Assembly: GCA_963633325.1 (NCBI GenBank)
Contig: CAVGYR010000001.1
Coordinates: 1 to 52,208, forward strand
Direction of reading: 5' to 3'
Source of the DNA: an uncultured Treponema sp.
Lineage (GTDB): Bacteria > Bacillota_I > Bacilli_A > Acholeplasmatales > Anaeroplasmataceae
Length of the DNA stretch: 52,208 nucleotides
The position numbers and the translations under genes were made by a program. Under the pieces are notes generated by a model. The model made no database searches, was not told the DNA's origin, and worked only from the letters and a program-made list of their open reading frames with translations. Each line of letters opens with the position of its first letter. Position 1 is the first letter of the stretch. Positions 36,804-47,142 of the stretch are shown here, piece by piece.

Positions 36804-39800
36804 TTATCGACAAGACACTGAAATATCAGCAGAATTGATTAAATCTATAAATTTTGACCTTTCTGACATTGGTAAGTCGCTAACTGCATCATATAATGTT
36901 GGATATGTATTAAATTCCTCATATTCTGTTGTAGCAGAATCCATATTTTCAAAATCATCGCAATTATAATCATCATTTGAATCAAAACCTGGTTTATAAT
37001 CATCATCTTTTGTATCAGTTATATCTGTATTACCGATTTCTTCTTCTTGATTATTATCTGTATTATTGTCGATATTTGTTTGATTATTATTTGAATCATT
37101 TGTATCATCATTTCCAAATAAATCTCCTTCTTTAGGTAAATTACTTGAATCAGATTCAGTATTATTTATTTTCTTTTCTGTTTTTTTAGTTTCTTTTTTA
37201 GTTGGTTTTACATTATTATTTAATACTTCACTTAAAGAAATAAGTTCTTTTTCTCTAAGAGAACCTTTACGAATAGTAACATCAAATAGTTTTCCAATAA
37301 AATCAAGAATTTTCTGCCAAGCATTTTTATGATTTGCTGAATTAGAAGTTTTAGCATCAATTCCATTAAGATACCTCATAAGATCAATTCCAGTAAAACT
37401 TTCAACAATAAATTCTTCAAGTGCTTCATATGTTGTATTGGATTGACCCTTATTTTCATATGATTCTTTTCTAAATTGTTTTAATTGTTTAAATAATTCA
37501 GGAATATTTGCATATATAGAAGTATCTATATGACGTCTATTTATTACTTCATCTATATTACCTTTTTCAATACTTGCAATATCTTCATCTAAAGCTTCAA
37601 TAAAGTCATCATAAATATCTTGCATACTTCTATAAAGTTTTTCTCTATTTTCTCGTTTAGAAGCATGTATTGCTCTATGGATATTTTCGTGTAGTAATAT
37701 ACGTATAGCTCTATTATTACTACCTTGTTTATCACTATCTACTATATCCATAAATTTTTGACCTATAATAATTTTTTTATCTTTAAGTCTATATGCAGCA
37801 TTTGCATCATTGGTATTTGATTTTAAATATTCATCGTCAAATATAATATTTCCGCTAAACAATCTACTCAATATATCATTATCGTTAAGTTTATTTAGTA
37901 AATCAATACCTGTTTTATTTGTAATTAACAGTTTGGCAATATCTAAAGTCTTACGATTTGATTTATTTTTTAATATATCAAGTATTTGAGTTGAATAAGG
38001 AACATTAACAGGAAGACTCTCTTCTACGGGGTGGCTTTCTGCATTATCATTATTTGTATTATCGTTATTGTCATCATTTGTATCATTTATTAATTCAAAT
38101 GATGCAGTTGGAGCAGCTCCTTGTTTAATTAAATTTATAGTTCTATAATTACTTCCGTGTTCATCTTTTGCTAAATCTACTCGAACAAGATTATTTTTAA
38201 ACATAAAATCATCAAATGAATTATAGTCTAAATGAATTCCATTTTTACCATTAAATTCATCTATGTTTACAATAAATCTTCCTTTAAATTTATAGAAAGC
38301 ATTAGCATTTGATGTTCTTCTATTAGTTCTAGGATTTGCAAGAGAAATATTAATACTAAATTTACCATATTCATCAATCATTTTTAATAATGTATCTGAT
38401 AATTTAGTTCTATCTGTATTTGCCAACATATTTAAATTTTTTCCTATGCCTGCAATCTTAACTCCTGGAAGACCTCCTTTATTAGAATTTCTATAGAAAG
38501 TTACTTGTAAATCATCGTTTACTTTAAAATGTAAGTTATTATTACTATCTGTAAATGTATTTATTCCATCAAATATACTATCATTTCTTCTATTAAATAT
38601 TTTATTTATAAAATCTATAAGATTATAATAATCTTCTACAGTTTTTATATTATTTAATCTATCTTTTATTTGTTCTTTTACTGCATTTACTATATTATTA
38701 AAATCTTCTCCAATTTTAACTTTTTGAGTTTTGCCGTCTCTAGTATATAACGTTTCTTTGATTTTGACAGGATAACAAACAACTAAGTCTACAGTACCAT
38801 TTTCTCTAAATACAGCAAGTCTGGTTTGACCATATTCTTGAGCATTATCAACAGCTCTAGTATATCGTTCTGTACCTTTTCCTTTAACTGTCAATCCATT
38901 ACCATCATTTACTGCAATAGTCCAATTCTCTAAATCAGTACCAATAGCTTCTTGTATAGGTAACGCACATACATCAGGAGTAGTATTTTGAGTATCTTTT
39001 GCTCTAATAAGTTCGCCTCTAGACACATTTACTGCCTTAGCTTTTATTTCTTCTCCAGATTCTAATCTATTTTGCAAATCTAAAGTTTGGTTGTAACTAT
39101 CTCTAAGTTTATCATAAAATAAATCAATACTATCTGATAAAGCATTACTAGTTTTATTTTTATAATTCCAAGCCCAAAGCTTAGCTAAACCTTTTAATGT
39201 TACATCTAGTTTTGATTCATCTACAATTATACCCTGTTTAATTAAATTTTTAATTAATTCATTATTTTGTATATCTTTTACAGCATCAGCAATAGAATAG
39301 TTATCAAATGCAATTTTATGAATAATTTCATTTAATAATCTATGATTATCAGTCGCATTGTTAATTATGTCTTTAAGAATTTCTTTTAATCCTTTAGTTC
39401 CATTATCATCATGACTTGCATCTTTACCAACTCTAAATCTTAAATTATTATTTACTTGAACAAATGCTCCAGTATGAGGATCTATATCAGGAATACCTAA
39501 ATATCCAACTACACCATCTTTAGAATTAACAGTTATTATTAGAGTTTGTTTGTGATTTTTAGCTGTTAAATTTAATGTAAGTTCATCATTATTTCTAAGT
39601 TTATATTGAGCTTCTAATGCTGCATTTACATCATCTGCGTCATCAGTTATGTTTTCTACGTCTAAACTAAAAGATTTAACTAAATTTGCAGCTTTCTTTT
39701 CAATAGCACGTTCAGATGGTTTTTTAGCAACATTTTTGAGCATCAATTCTTCATTCATAGCTTCAGCAGAATCGGTCATATAAAAAGTATTTTTACCTTC

Positions 39801-42800
39801 TTCTGTACTAAAATAAGCTAATAATGAATTATAAACAAATTCTGCATTATGTTCGTTAGGTATAGTATCTTCTATATATCTAAGTAAATCTTCAAAATTA
39901 CCATAATATTTACCATTAAGTGTTGGAAGATTTACGGTTTTAGCATATTCTGTAAGAAAAGACTTAACTGTTTCTGCAAAACCATCTACAAATTTAGTAT
40001 AATTTCCTTCAAGTTCTTGTGTGGCACATTCAAGTGTCAAGTTACCAACAGCACTTTGTCTTTTATTTTTAGATGATATATATAAAATTCTTTTTTTCCA
40101 AGAGTTTAATAAAGGTTCTATATCACTTTTTTCATATCCATCACTAAGTAATTTATTAAATATGTTATTAAATTCTTCATCAATATTTACATCTTCTCCT
40201 TTTTTAACTCTTCTACCAATATCACCAACATATGATAACAATACTTCATTATCTAAAACTTTTTTATTATCATCTTGTTGTACAGTAGGTCCGGTAGTAG
40301 GCGTTGTAGTGGTAGTTGGAGGTGTTGTAGTTGTTGTAGGAGGAATTATAGCTGGAGGCACTGTTACAGGAGAAGTTTGTTGTGTTGTGTTAGTTGTTGA
40401 CACACCCCCCGTAGAAGAGTCTGCATTTTGATTTACACCAATTTCTCCTTTACTTATTATTTTAAATCCTCCTTTATCATCAACTTCGATTATAGGATTA
40501 GATATAACTACACCTCCGTTAGTAATTTTCTCTGTACCATTATACAGTTCATCGTCATTAATATCAGTATTAGAATATGGTTCAATTCTATATTGACCAT
40601 CAGGTAAAACACTACCATCAACAGCTCTATTACTTGCTTTATATTCAGCTTTATCTTCTTTCGATTCATTAGTAAATGTTTTTTTATCCATGTTTAATTT
40701 AATAAACATTTCAGACGGATGATTGCCGCCGTTTGATTGTGTAAGATTCGTATTTTGCTGAATTGTTTGCGTTACGGCTTGCTCGGGTGTTGTTGGTGTA
40801 GGATTGGTCGGTTGGGTTAAAGAAAGTGGCTTAGAGGGCTTTATTTCCTTTTGTTTTGACGGTTGAGTATTTGTTGATTGAGTATTAGATTCATCATCTT
40901 CATCATCATTTTTATTTCTAGCAGGAGAAATAGTTTTTATAAGTGATTCATCAAAATTGATAGCATCTTCTATTTGTAAACCGAGTCTATAATTTAATTG
41001 AGAACTAAGATTAAGACACTCTACTGCATCTTTAAAAGCAGTTCTATCAACTGGTTCTAGAATACTTATAAGTTTATCAAATTCAGCAGCGTTTCCTTCA
41101 TAAGCTGCACCAATAGATCTACTAAGTTCACTTCTGTTATCTTTATATTTTCTTACTATATCACTAATAGTCTTATAACTTTTTTCTATAACTTTTTTTC
41201 TAGCATCTTGCATAGTTTGATTCATAAATGAAATTTCACTAGCAAGTTCATCTCTATTTGTTACAATTTCTTTTCTCTTGAAATCAATGTTCATTTCTGT
41301 TGCAGTTTTATCCAACAGCAAATCCATTAATGATTTTTTAGTACCAGCTATACCTATACCATTAACTTCATCTAAAACTGAAGCTAGTTTAGTATCATTC
41401 GATAAAGCTTCACTATTTTGTTCAAAAATAGTTTTATCTTCAAGATAATCTGTAAATCTACCGCTTATACCATATTTTATTACATATTCGTCTAATTTCT
41501 TTAAATATTCTTTTCGTTTAGTATCAATTTCGTTACCTTCTATATCAAGTAAATTCATTTTAAGAATATCATCTAATTCTTTAGCTGCTCCTGTAAAAGC
41601 ATCACCTAATTTCGGAACTACAAGTGTTCCATTTTTGTCATGTTTTGCAGTAATTGCTAATTTGACTGCTCTACGAAGATTTTGTGGAGTTAGCATATTT
41701 TCTATAACTGCTATATTTTTATTTATTCTATCTATAGCAATTAAAGAACTTAATGTTCCAGCAGTATTTGGATTTGATTTTAAATCATTTCTTTGAGCAT
41801 ATAATTCAGCTAAATTTTGTTGTAGTAAACTTTGACTAGCAAATTGTTGTAAATCATCTATAGATACATCATTTAATTTACTTGCTATATTTTCGTCAGA
41901 TAAAGCTGAATTTATAAGTTGCTCTGTTCTACTTAAATTATTTCGAAGTTGATTTACTGTTTGATTATATTTTACATTTTGAGTAGCAATCGACTGAAGA
42001 AATTCAAAAGGAACTATTTCTTTATCTTTTCTTGTAACTTTGTAATTGTTTGCTATATTTATAACCTTTTCTAGTTCTTGGTTATAATTTTCCATTACTT
42101 GGTCGATTTTTCCTAATAATCTTTGTTGATGTAATTTAGAATCAGATTCTGAAATAACTCCTTGTTTGACAAGTGCGTCTCTTACTTCATCACTTTTTAT
42201 AAATTCTCTAAGATATCCTAGATTACCTCTATGAGCAGCTTGAATTGCCATATCTGTAATTAAATCATCTTCGCTTTTAGATGCAGCTGCACTTCGTTCT
42301 TCGTCGGTATTTAGAAGTTTATCATCTTCTGCTATAGAATATGGATTTTTTCCATCTTTTATTTGTTTAGCCCTATCAAAAAATGTACTAAATGTAGCAG
42401 ACCAAGATTCCATATTTGATTTACGAATCTTTGTTTCAGTAGTTTCAGCTAAACTAAAAGGAGAACGTTTAGCAGTTTCTCCAGTCTTATCATTTTTCTT
42501 TTTTTCTTCATTAGCTCTATCGTTAAATGTAGCTTTTACTTTACCAAATGCACTTCCTAGATGATGAAATACTACACCTCCCATAACACCCCAAAATGCG
42601 CTATCCCATAAGCCACCGCTTTGCATATATTTTGCAAGTCTATTATCGAATCCAGATTTATCTCCTTCTTTATCGTCAAGCAGAACTCTTCCTAGATTCA
42701 TACCTTCCATTTGCGAAATATAGTTTACAGATTCTTCTACACCTTCACTTAATTCACCAGCAATAATAAGTTTCTCATTCTTTGCTCTATCTACAATTGA

Positions 42801-43976
42801 ATTACGTATTTTAGATAAAGTACTAATATTTTTTTCAGCTTCAGCAATTTCTTCAGCAGTTTTACCAACTTTAAGTTTTTGTTCTCTTAATGTTTTGTTA
42901 AGATTATAACTTCCACTTCTATCTTTTAAACCTTTCCAAAATCCTCTTAAACCATAAAGCTGAATTACATCAAAACCTATATTTGCAAAATTATCTACAA
43001 AATCTTCATCTGCTGATTTTTTAGCTACATATCTAGCTATTTTATCTTTATCGGTACTACCTGCTTCTTTTGATAAATTTGGATTATTATTTAAAAATTG
43101 TTGATATTCTGAATCATTCATGTTATTAAATTTATCAAGAGCTTCTGAATACATATCTTTGTATACACCTTGAGCCTCTTGATAATTTTCCATAGTACGT
43201 TGGAGCAAAGCATTAGTTCCGACTTCACCAAAAGTAGCAAGTTTACTTCCTTCCATACCTGCATTTGAAAGTTTAGCTAAACTCATTTGTAGTTTACTAA
43301 GTTTTTCTCCTGATTCGATAGTTTTATCTATTTGTCCGGCAGCACGAATTGCATTACGAGTTAATGCTCCTACTTTAGTTGCTTTTGCAATTAATCCTAT
43401 ACTTTTAGTTACAGCCATAGAAGGAACCAATAGTGTAAGAGAACTCAAAACACTTGGTGCATTACTGCACCACCATCCCCAATTAGTAAGTCCTCCATTC
43501 AAAATATCATTACGAGTTGGATCACTATAAATAGGAGCAACCTCATTTCTAAATGTTTCTTGCCATTCTTCTATCTTATTACTAATAGGGTTTTGATAAT
43601 CTCCATCACTATTGAAGAAACCATTAACTACTGCATCGAACATATCAGGAAATGCCTTTAAAGTTCCTAATGCAGTTTCGCTCCAAACAGCTTGAGCAAG
43701 ACTATTAAAAGTCTTGCTCCAATTACTTTGCCTATTAGCTATTTCTACATCCAAATTACCTATATCGTTAGGTGTTATACCCATTTCTGCATATTTCGTT
43801 GTATTTGTATAAACACTAGGTTTTCTTATATTTGCAGAATAAAAAGCATCAACCATATCATTACTAGTTGGATTACTAGTATTTATGAATTTAGGTTCTT
43901 TATTTTTTTTAGATTTAGTCCATTTAGGATTTAATGTAGTAAATCCACTATGTGTAATTAATTGATTTGTATCCAT
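36804..43976 (-). CDS. giant virion protein with HExxH zincin-type motif
   Basis: 2,390-aa ORF. LLHENIHRAIH gives HENIH at nt 37677-37691 (residues 2096-2100). It also has a Thr/Pro-rich linker (TTTTTPPTTTTTPTTGPT, about nt 40285-40375), Asn/Asp-rich tracts and hydrophobic segments near the N-terminus. Confidence 0.6.
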   Translation of the reverse strand: MDTNQLITHSGFTTLNPKWTKSKKNKEPKFINTSNPTSNDMVDAFYSANIRKPSVYTNTTKYAEMGITPNDIGNLDVEIANRQSNWSKTFNSLAQAVWSETALGTLKAFPDMFDAVVNGFFNSDGDYQNPISNKIEEWQETFRNEVAPIYSDPTRNDILNGGLTNWGWWCSNAPSVLSSLTLLVPSMAVTKSIGLIAKATKVGALTRNAIRAAGQIDKTIESGEKLSKLQMSLAKLSNAGMEGSKLATFGEVGTNALLQRTMENYQEAQGVYKDMYSEALDKFNNMNDSEYQQFLNNNPNLSKEAGSTDKDKIARYVAKKSADEDFVDNFANIGFDVIQLYGLRGFWKGLKDRSGSYNLNKTLREQKLKVGKTAEEIAEAEKNISTLSKIRNSIVDRAKNEKLIIAGELSEGVEESVNYISQMEGMNLGRVLLDDKEGDKSGFDNRLAKYMQSGGLWDSAFWGVMGGVVFHHLGSAFGKVKATFNDRANEEKKKNDKTGETAKRSPFSLAETTETKIRKSNMESWSATFSTFFDRAKQIKDGKNPYSIAEDDKLLNTDEERSAAASKSEDDLITDMAIQAAHRGNLGYLREFIKSDEVRDALVKQGVISESDSKLHQQRLLGKIDQVMENYNQELEKVINIANNYKVTRKDKEIVPFEFLQSIATQNVKYNQTVNQLRNNLSRTEQLINSALSDENIASKLNDVSIDDLQQFASQSLLQQNLAELYAQRNDLKSNPNTAGTLSSLIAIDRINKNIAVIENMLTPQNLRRAVKLAITAKHDKNGTLVVPKLGDAFTGAAKELDDILKMNLLDIEGNEIDTKRKEYLKKLDEYVIKYGISGRFTDYLEDKTIFEQNSEALSNDTKLASVLDEVNGIGIAGTKKSLMDLLLDKTATEMNIDFKRKEIVTNRDELASEISFMNQTMQDARKKVIEKSYKTISDIVRKYKDNRSELSRSIGAAYEGNAAEFDKLISILEPVDRTAFKDAVECLNLSSQLNYRLGLQIEDAINFDESLIKTISPARNKNDDEDDESNTQSTNTQPSKQKEIKPSKPLSLTQPTNPTPTTPEQAVTQTIQQNTNLTQSNGGNHPSEMFIKLNMDKKTFTNESKEDKAEYKASNRAVDGSVLPDGQYRIEPYSNTDINDDELYNGTEKITNGGVVISNPIIEVDDKGGFKIISKGEIGVNQNADSSTGGVSTTNTTQQTSPVTVPPAIIPPTTTTTPPTTTTTPTTGPTVQQDDNKKVLDNEVLLSYVGDIGRRVKKGEDVNIDEEFNNIFNKLLSDGYEKSDIEPLLNSWKKRILYISSKNKRQSAVGNLTLECATQELEGNYTKFVDGFAETVKSFLTEYAKTVNLPTLNGKYYGNFEDLLRYIEDTIPNEHNAEFVYNSLLAYFSTEEGKNTFYMTDSAEAMNEELMLKNVAKKPSERAIEKKAANLVKSFSLDVENITDDADDVNAALEAQYKLRNNDELTLNLTAKNHKQTLIITVNSKDGVVGYLGIPDIDPHTGAFVQVNNNLRFRVGKDASHDDNGTKGLKEILKDIINNATDNHRLLNEIIHKIAFDNYSIADAVKDIQNNELIKNLIKQGIIVDESKLDVTLKGLAKLWAWNYKNKTSNALSDSIDLFYDKLRDSYNQTLDLQNRLESGEEIKAKAVNVSRGELIRAKDTQNTTPDVCALPIQEAIGTDLENWTIAVNDGNGLTVKGKGTERYTRAVDNAQEYGQTRLAVFRENGTVDLVVCYPVKIKETLYTRDGKTQKVKIGEDFNNIVNAVKEQIKDRLNNIKTVEDYYNLIDFINKIFNRRNDSIFDGINTFTDSNNNLHFKVNDDLQVTFYRNSNKGGLPGVKIAGIGKNLNMLANTDRTKLSDTLLKMIDEYGKFSINISLANPRTNRRTSNANAFYKFKGRFIVNIDEFNGKNGIHLDYNSFDDFMFKNNLVRVDLAKDEHGSNYRTINLIKQGAAPTASFELINDTNDDNNDNTNNDNAESHPVEESLPVNVPYSTQILDILKNKSNRKTLDIAKLLITNKTGIDLLNKLNDNDILSRLFSGNIIFDDEYLKSNTNDANAAYRLKDKKIIIGQKFMDIVDSDKQGSNNRAIRILLHENIHRAIHASKRENREKLYRSMQDIYDDFIEALDEDIASIEKGNIDEVINRRHIDTSIYANIPELFKQLKQFRKESYENKGQSNTTYEALEEFIVESFTGIDLMRYLNGIDAKTSNSANHKNAWQKILDFIGKLFDVTIRKGSLREKELISLSEVLNNNVKPTKKETKKTEKKINNTESDSSNLPKEGDLFGNDDTNDSNNNQTNIDNNTDNNQEEEIGNTDITDTKDDDYKPGFDSNDDYNCDDFENMDSATTEYEEFNTYPTLYDAVSDLPMSERSKFIDLINSADISVSCR
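38019..38031 (-). repeat. GC-rich dispersed motif copy 10 (exact, reverse orientation)
   Basis: Read directly. Inside the 2,390-aa ORF, sense translation PVEE. Confidence 0.8.
40407..40419 (+). repeat. GC-rich dispersed motif copy 11 (exact)
   Basis: Read directly. Inside the 2,390-aa ORF, sense translation SSTGG. Confidence 0.8.
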
Positions 43977-43978
43977 AT

Positions 43979-45895
43979 TTATTTCTGTGAATTAAAATAA
44001 CCTATAGCATTTAATATATAATCATATACAAGTCCTTGTTTATTTTTCAAGAAACTTATTTCCTGAGATGGGTCACCACCTTGTGCCGCAAGCATTGTTG
44101 CTCTTTGTAATGTAGCTGGATAAAATTCTTTAATTGCAGATTCTGCCCAATTACCTACTTCAAGTTCAATATTTTTATTTTTTACAAAGTTACCATCTTC
44201 ATCAAAAAAAGTTTGATTTGCACCGTCAATTAAATCTTGAAGAACAAGAGCTTTATTGATTCTCGATTGAGCATCTGCTCTAGTAATATCTTCTCTTTCA
44301 CCTTTACTATTTATTATATAAGGATTTTGATCTGGGTCACAAAATAATTCTCCACCTTTATCATCACCTAATGAGGGAACATACATAGAATAACCATAAT
44401 ATTCCATACCATTAAGTTCTTTTACAGCTCTAGTCTTAGTGTCTCTATTTAAACTATCTTCAACAGAACCTTGAAATAGATTTTCAACAAAACATTTAAT
44501 CGTTTTACCTATCGGATTACCTTCTTTATCAGTTTTTGGTAAAATAGTTATTTGAGTTCCACTCATATTACCCATTATAGCTGCGCTAAATTGAATCCTA
44601 TTATCATGAAGTGCAGCTTTAATATACGTATCTAATTCTGTTCTATCAGCAGTTTCTAATTGATGTTCTGTTTCATCAGTCTCTTCGTCATTCTTAAAAT
44701 TACTAAATACATTATATTGACTTAATGAAGCACCTGAAAGTAAATTTTCATAATGGTCATTAATTATATTTTTATATTTAGTATAAGTTTCACCATCTAT
44801 TTTACCGGCTGTATAATCACTTTCTAACTTAGCATCGCCTGCACCTAGAAAACCTACAACTTGAGTTTTCATCATTCTATCTTTTAATAATTCTCTTCTA
44901 GATTCAAGTACATCGTTTTCTGTGTCTTCTACTTCATCTATTAAATCAGCTATTTCGGAAAAACTATTTAATGATTTTCTTATATCACTATTAAAAACAA
45001 ATCTATCACCATAATCTGGATTTATAAATTTACCATCATTTTTAGAACGTTCATTTATTGTAAGCTGTTCATTCATAAAAGGAATCCATCTTGCTATAGG
45101 ATGATTCTTTTTATAAGCATCAGAAGCAGCTATATCTATGGTTGAATCTTCATCTGCAAAGTTAATTATATTTCCGTCTTTATCTACACCTGCTAGTTTA
45201 AATCTTTTTTCTCCACGAATATTATCGTTTAATTTATGGTTACCTGAACCAATTACATGATTTGTATCAGTATTATACAAAGCTTGCATTATTTTATATA
45301 TTTGTGGATGAGATTTTGGAACAATCAACCTATATTTACCGTTGACCATTTGAGGTTTAAGTCCAAGTTTAGCAAATGCAGTTTCTTGGTCAACTCCTCC
45401 AAAACCCATATTTGCAAGAAATTGTTTACATGCATCAGATGAATATTTCTCATCTTTAACTAGAAAATCTATATTTCCTGCTTCTTTAAATCCTATAATA
45501 TTTCCAATACCATCCATAATATTAGAAATAATTGGAATACGACCCCATTGCTTATTTTCAGCAGTATCAAACTCTGCGGCAATACCAGTAGCTTCCATAC
45601 CAAACATATTATTTATTGCATCTTGAAAACGTTTAGTATATTGATTATCTTTTGGCAAATCTGTGCCATTATCCATCGCATACTTAAAAGTTATTGCTTG
45701 TTTTTGAGTGTCATTAGCTTGATTCATAATTCCAGATTGTGTTCTAGATTTATTTCTTAATATTTTAATATTTTCAAGCATAGACTGCTTTTGATTGTTA
45801 TCTTTAAAATAAGAATGTGCTGCATAATTTGCGGCACTATTATAATCATTCTTATTAAGATATTCATTATATGTTTCAAAATCAAATAAAGCCAT
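43979..45895 (-). CDS. hypothetical virion-module protein
   Basis: 638-aa ORF. Its stop is 2 nt from the start of the 2,390-aa ORF. No recognisable motif. Confidence 0.6.
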   Translation of the reverse strand: MALFDFETYNEYLNKNDYNSAANYAAHSYFKDNNQKQSMLENIKILRNKSRTQSGIMNQANDTQKQAITFKYAMDNGTDLPKDNQYTKRFQDAINNMFGMEATGIAAEFDTAENKQWGRIPIISNIMDGIGNIIGFKEAGNIDFLVKDEKYSSDACKQFLANMGFGGVDQETAFAKLGLKPQMVNGKYRLIVPKSHPQIYKIMQALYNTDTNHVIGSGNHKLNDNIRGEKRFKLAGVDKDGNIINFADEDSTIDIAASDAYKKNHPIARWIPFMNEQLTINERSKNDGKFINPDYGDRFVFNSDIRKSLNSFSEIADLIDEVEDTENDVLESRRELLKDRMMKTQVVGFLGAGDAKLESDYTAGKIDGETYTKYKNIINDHYENLLSGASLSQYNVFSNFKNDEETDETEHQLETADRTELDTYIKAALHDNRIQFSAAIMGNMSGTQITILPKTDKEGNPIGKTIKCFVENLFQGSVEDSLNRDTKTRAVKELNGMEYYGYSMYVPSLGDDKGGELFCDPDQNPYIINSKGEREDITRADAQSRINKALVLQDLIDGANQTFFDEDGNFVKNKNIELEVGNWAESAIKEFYPATLQRATMLAAQGGDPSQEISFLKNKQGLVYDYILNAIGYFNSQK

Positions 45896-45907
45896 AATAT
45901 ATATTAT

Positions 45908-47059
45908 TTAATTAAAGATATTTTCTCTTTTCTTTTGTTCTTCTAAACTTAAGACATAACTTAAATCTACTTTTTCTTTAGTATTATCTGGTTGACCAGG
46001 TGATCCATATACACTGTCAGTACCTGTTCCTCTTGCTCCAGGTTCATATCCTCCATTTGAACCATTTCCATTAGAACCAGTAGATTTAACATAGTCATCG
46101 GTATTATTTATATCAGTCATAGATGAAGTTTTATTATTATATGCAAAATTCTTTATTACATCAGGATATTTTGCAAATAATATATCAACATAATCAGAAG
46201 TGACTATACCATCTTTATTTTTTAATGCAGAACCATATAGAGTCATATCTGCTTCATAACGTTTTTTCTCCTCTTCTGTTGTAGCATTATCATATTTAGC
46301 TTTTGCATCATTATATAAAGTTAAATTACTAAAATAGGATTGTTGAAGAGAACTACGCCATTTATCATCTTTATCTATTATATTGGTAAGTTGTTTTTTA
46401 ATTCTATCATAAGTTAATCTTTCATATCCTCCACCTCTTTCGTGTTGACCGCCTGAACTAGTTCCGTCTGCTTTTGTTGTACTATCGCCCCAAGTTTTAG
46501 TTGATTTATTTGATTCAGGAGCAATCATTTGAACTGCTTTATACATCATTTGCAAATCATCTACATCTTCTACAGGTCTCCAATTTTCTTTCCAATTAGT
46601 TCCACCTATAAATTTACCATTACCATCAAATTCATCTTCATAATCATATTTGTTGGTTAATGCCCAAGCTTTTTTAGTAATATCATTAATGTCGTTTCTA
46701 CTTTCTACTTCTTTTTTAGCTTGTTTATATTCTGCATTATATCTAATTCTTGGTGCTAATTCTTTAGTTACATCACTAGCCATAGTAATAGCTGCCCTAA
46801 AATTAGAACTTATATCATCGTATGGGTCTGAAAGAAGAGTTTTAATTTGTTCTCTTTTTTTATCTAACCACGGATTTTCTGATTCATCTAAATCAGCTTG
46901 ACTTAATGCTAAATCTATTTCACTAGCTTTTTGTGTAACTTGGTCAGCACGTTGAGTTATTTGATTAAGAGCATTAGTAAAAGTTTGAATATCTGCTCTT
47001 ACAGGTATTCTATCAGGTACATTACCTCCGATTGTAATATTATTATTATACTCTGCCAT
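45908..47059 (-). CDS. hypothetical virion-module protein
   Basis: 383-aa ORF with a Gly/Ser/Asn-rich C-terminal part. No recognisable motif. Confidence 0.6.
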   Translation of the reverse strand: MAEYNNNITIGGNVPDRIPVRADIQTFTNALNQITQRADQVTQKASEIDLALSQADLDESENPWLDKKREQIKTLLSDPYDDISSNFRAAITMASDVTKELAPRIRYNAEYKQAKKEVESRNDINDITKKAWALTNKYDYEDEFDGNGKFIGGTNWKENWRPVEDVDDLQMMYKAVQMIAPESNKSTKTWGDSTTKADGTSSGGQHERGGGYERLTYDRIKKQLTNIIDKDDKWRSSLQQSYFSNLTLYNDAKAKYDNATTEEEKKRYEADMTLYGSALKNKDGIVTSDYVDILFAKYPDVIKNFAYNNKTSSMTDINNTDDYVKSTGSNGNGSNGGYEPGARGTGTDSVYGSPGQPDNTKEKVDLSYVLSLEEQKKRENIFN

Positions 47060-47100
47060 AATTATATAGTTATAGATTAATAATGCTACAAAACTAATAA

Positions 47101-47130
47101 ACTTCTAGTAAGAATATTCTTACTAGAAGT
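47101..47130. promoter_or_regulatory. 30-nt perfect palindrome (possible hairpin terminator or operator)
   Basis: ACTTCTAGTAAGAAT and ATTCTTACTAGAAGT are exact reverse complements with no spacer. The palindrome lies in the 83-nt gap between the 1,207-aa and 383-aa ORFs. Confidence 0.45.
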
Positions 47131-47142
47131 ATTAATTAAGTA

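Noticed and set aside
40021-40431. 136-aa + strand ORF with a GPVVGVVVVVGGVVVVVGG tract
   Set aside because: It is the mirror image of the Thr/Pro-rich linker of the 2,390-aa - strand ORF, an artefact of the low-complexity repeat.
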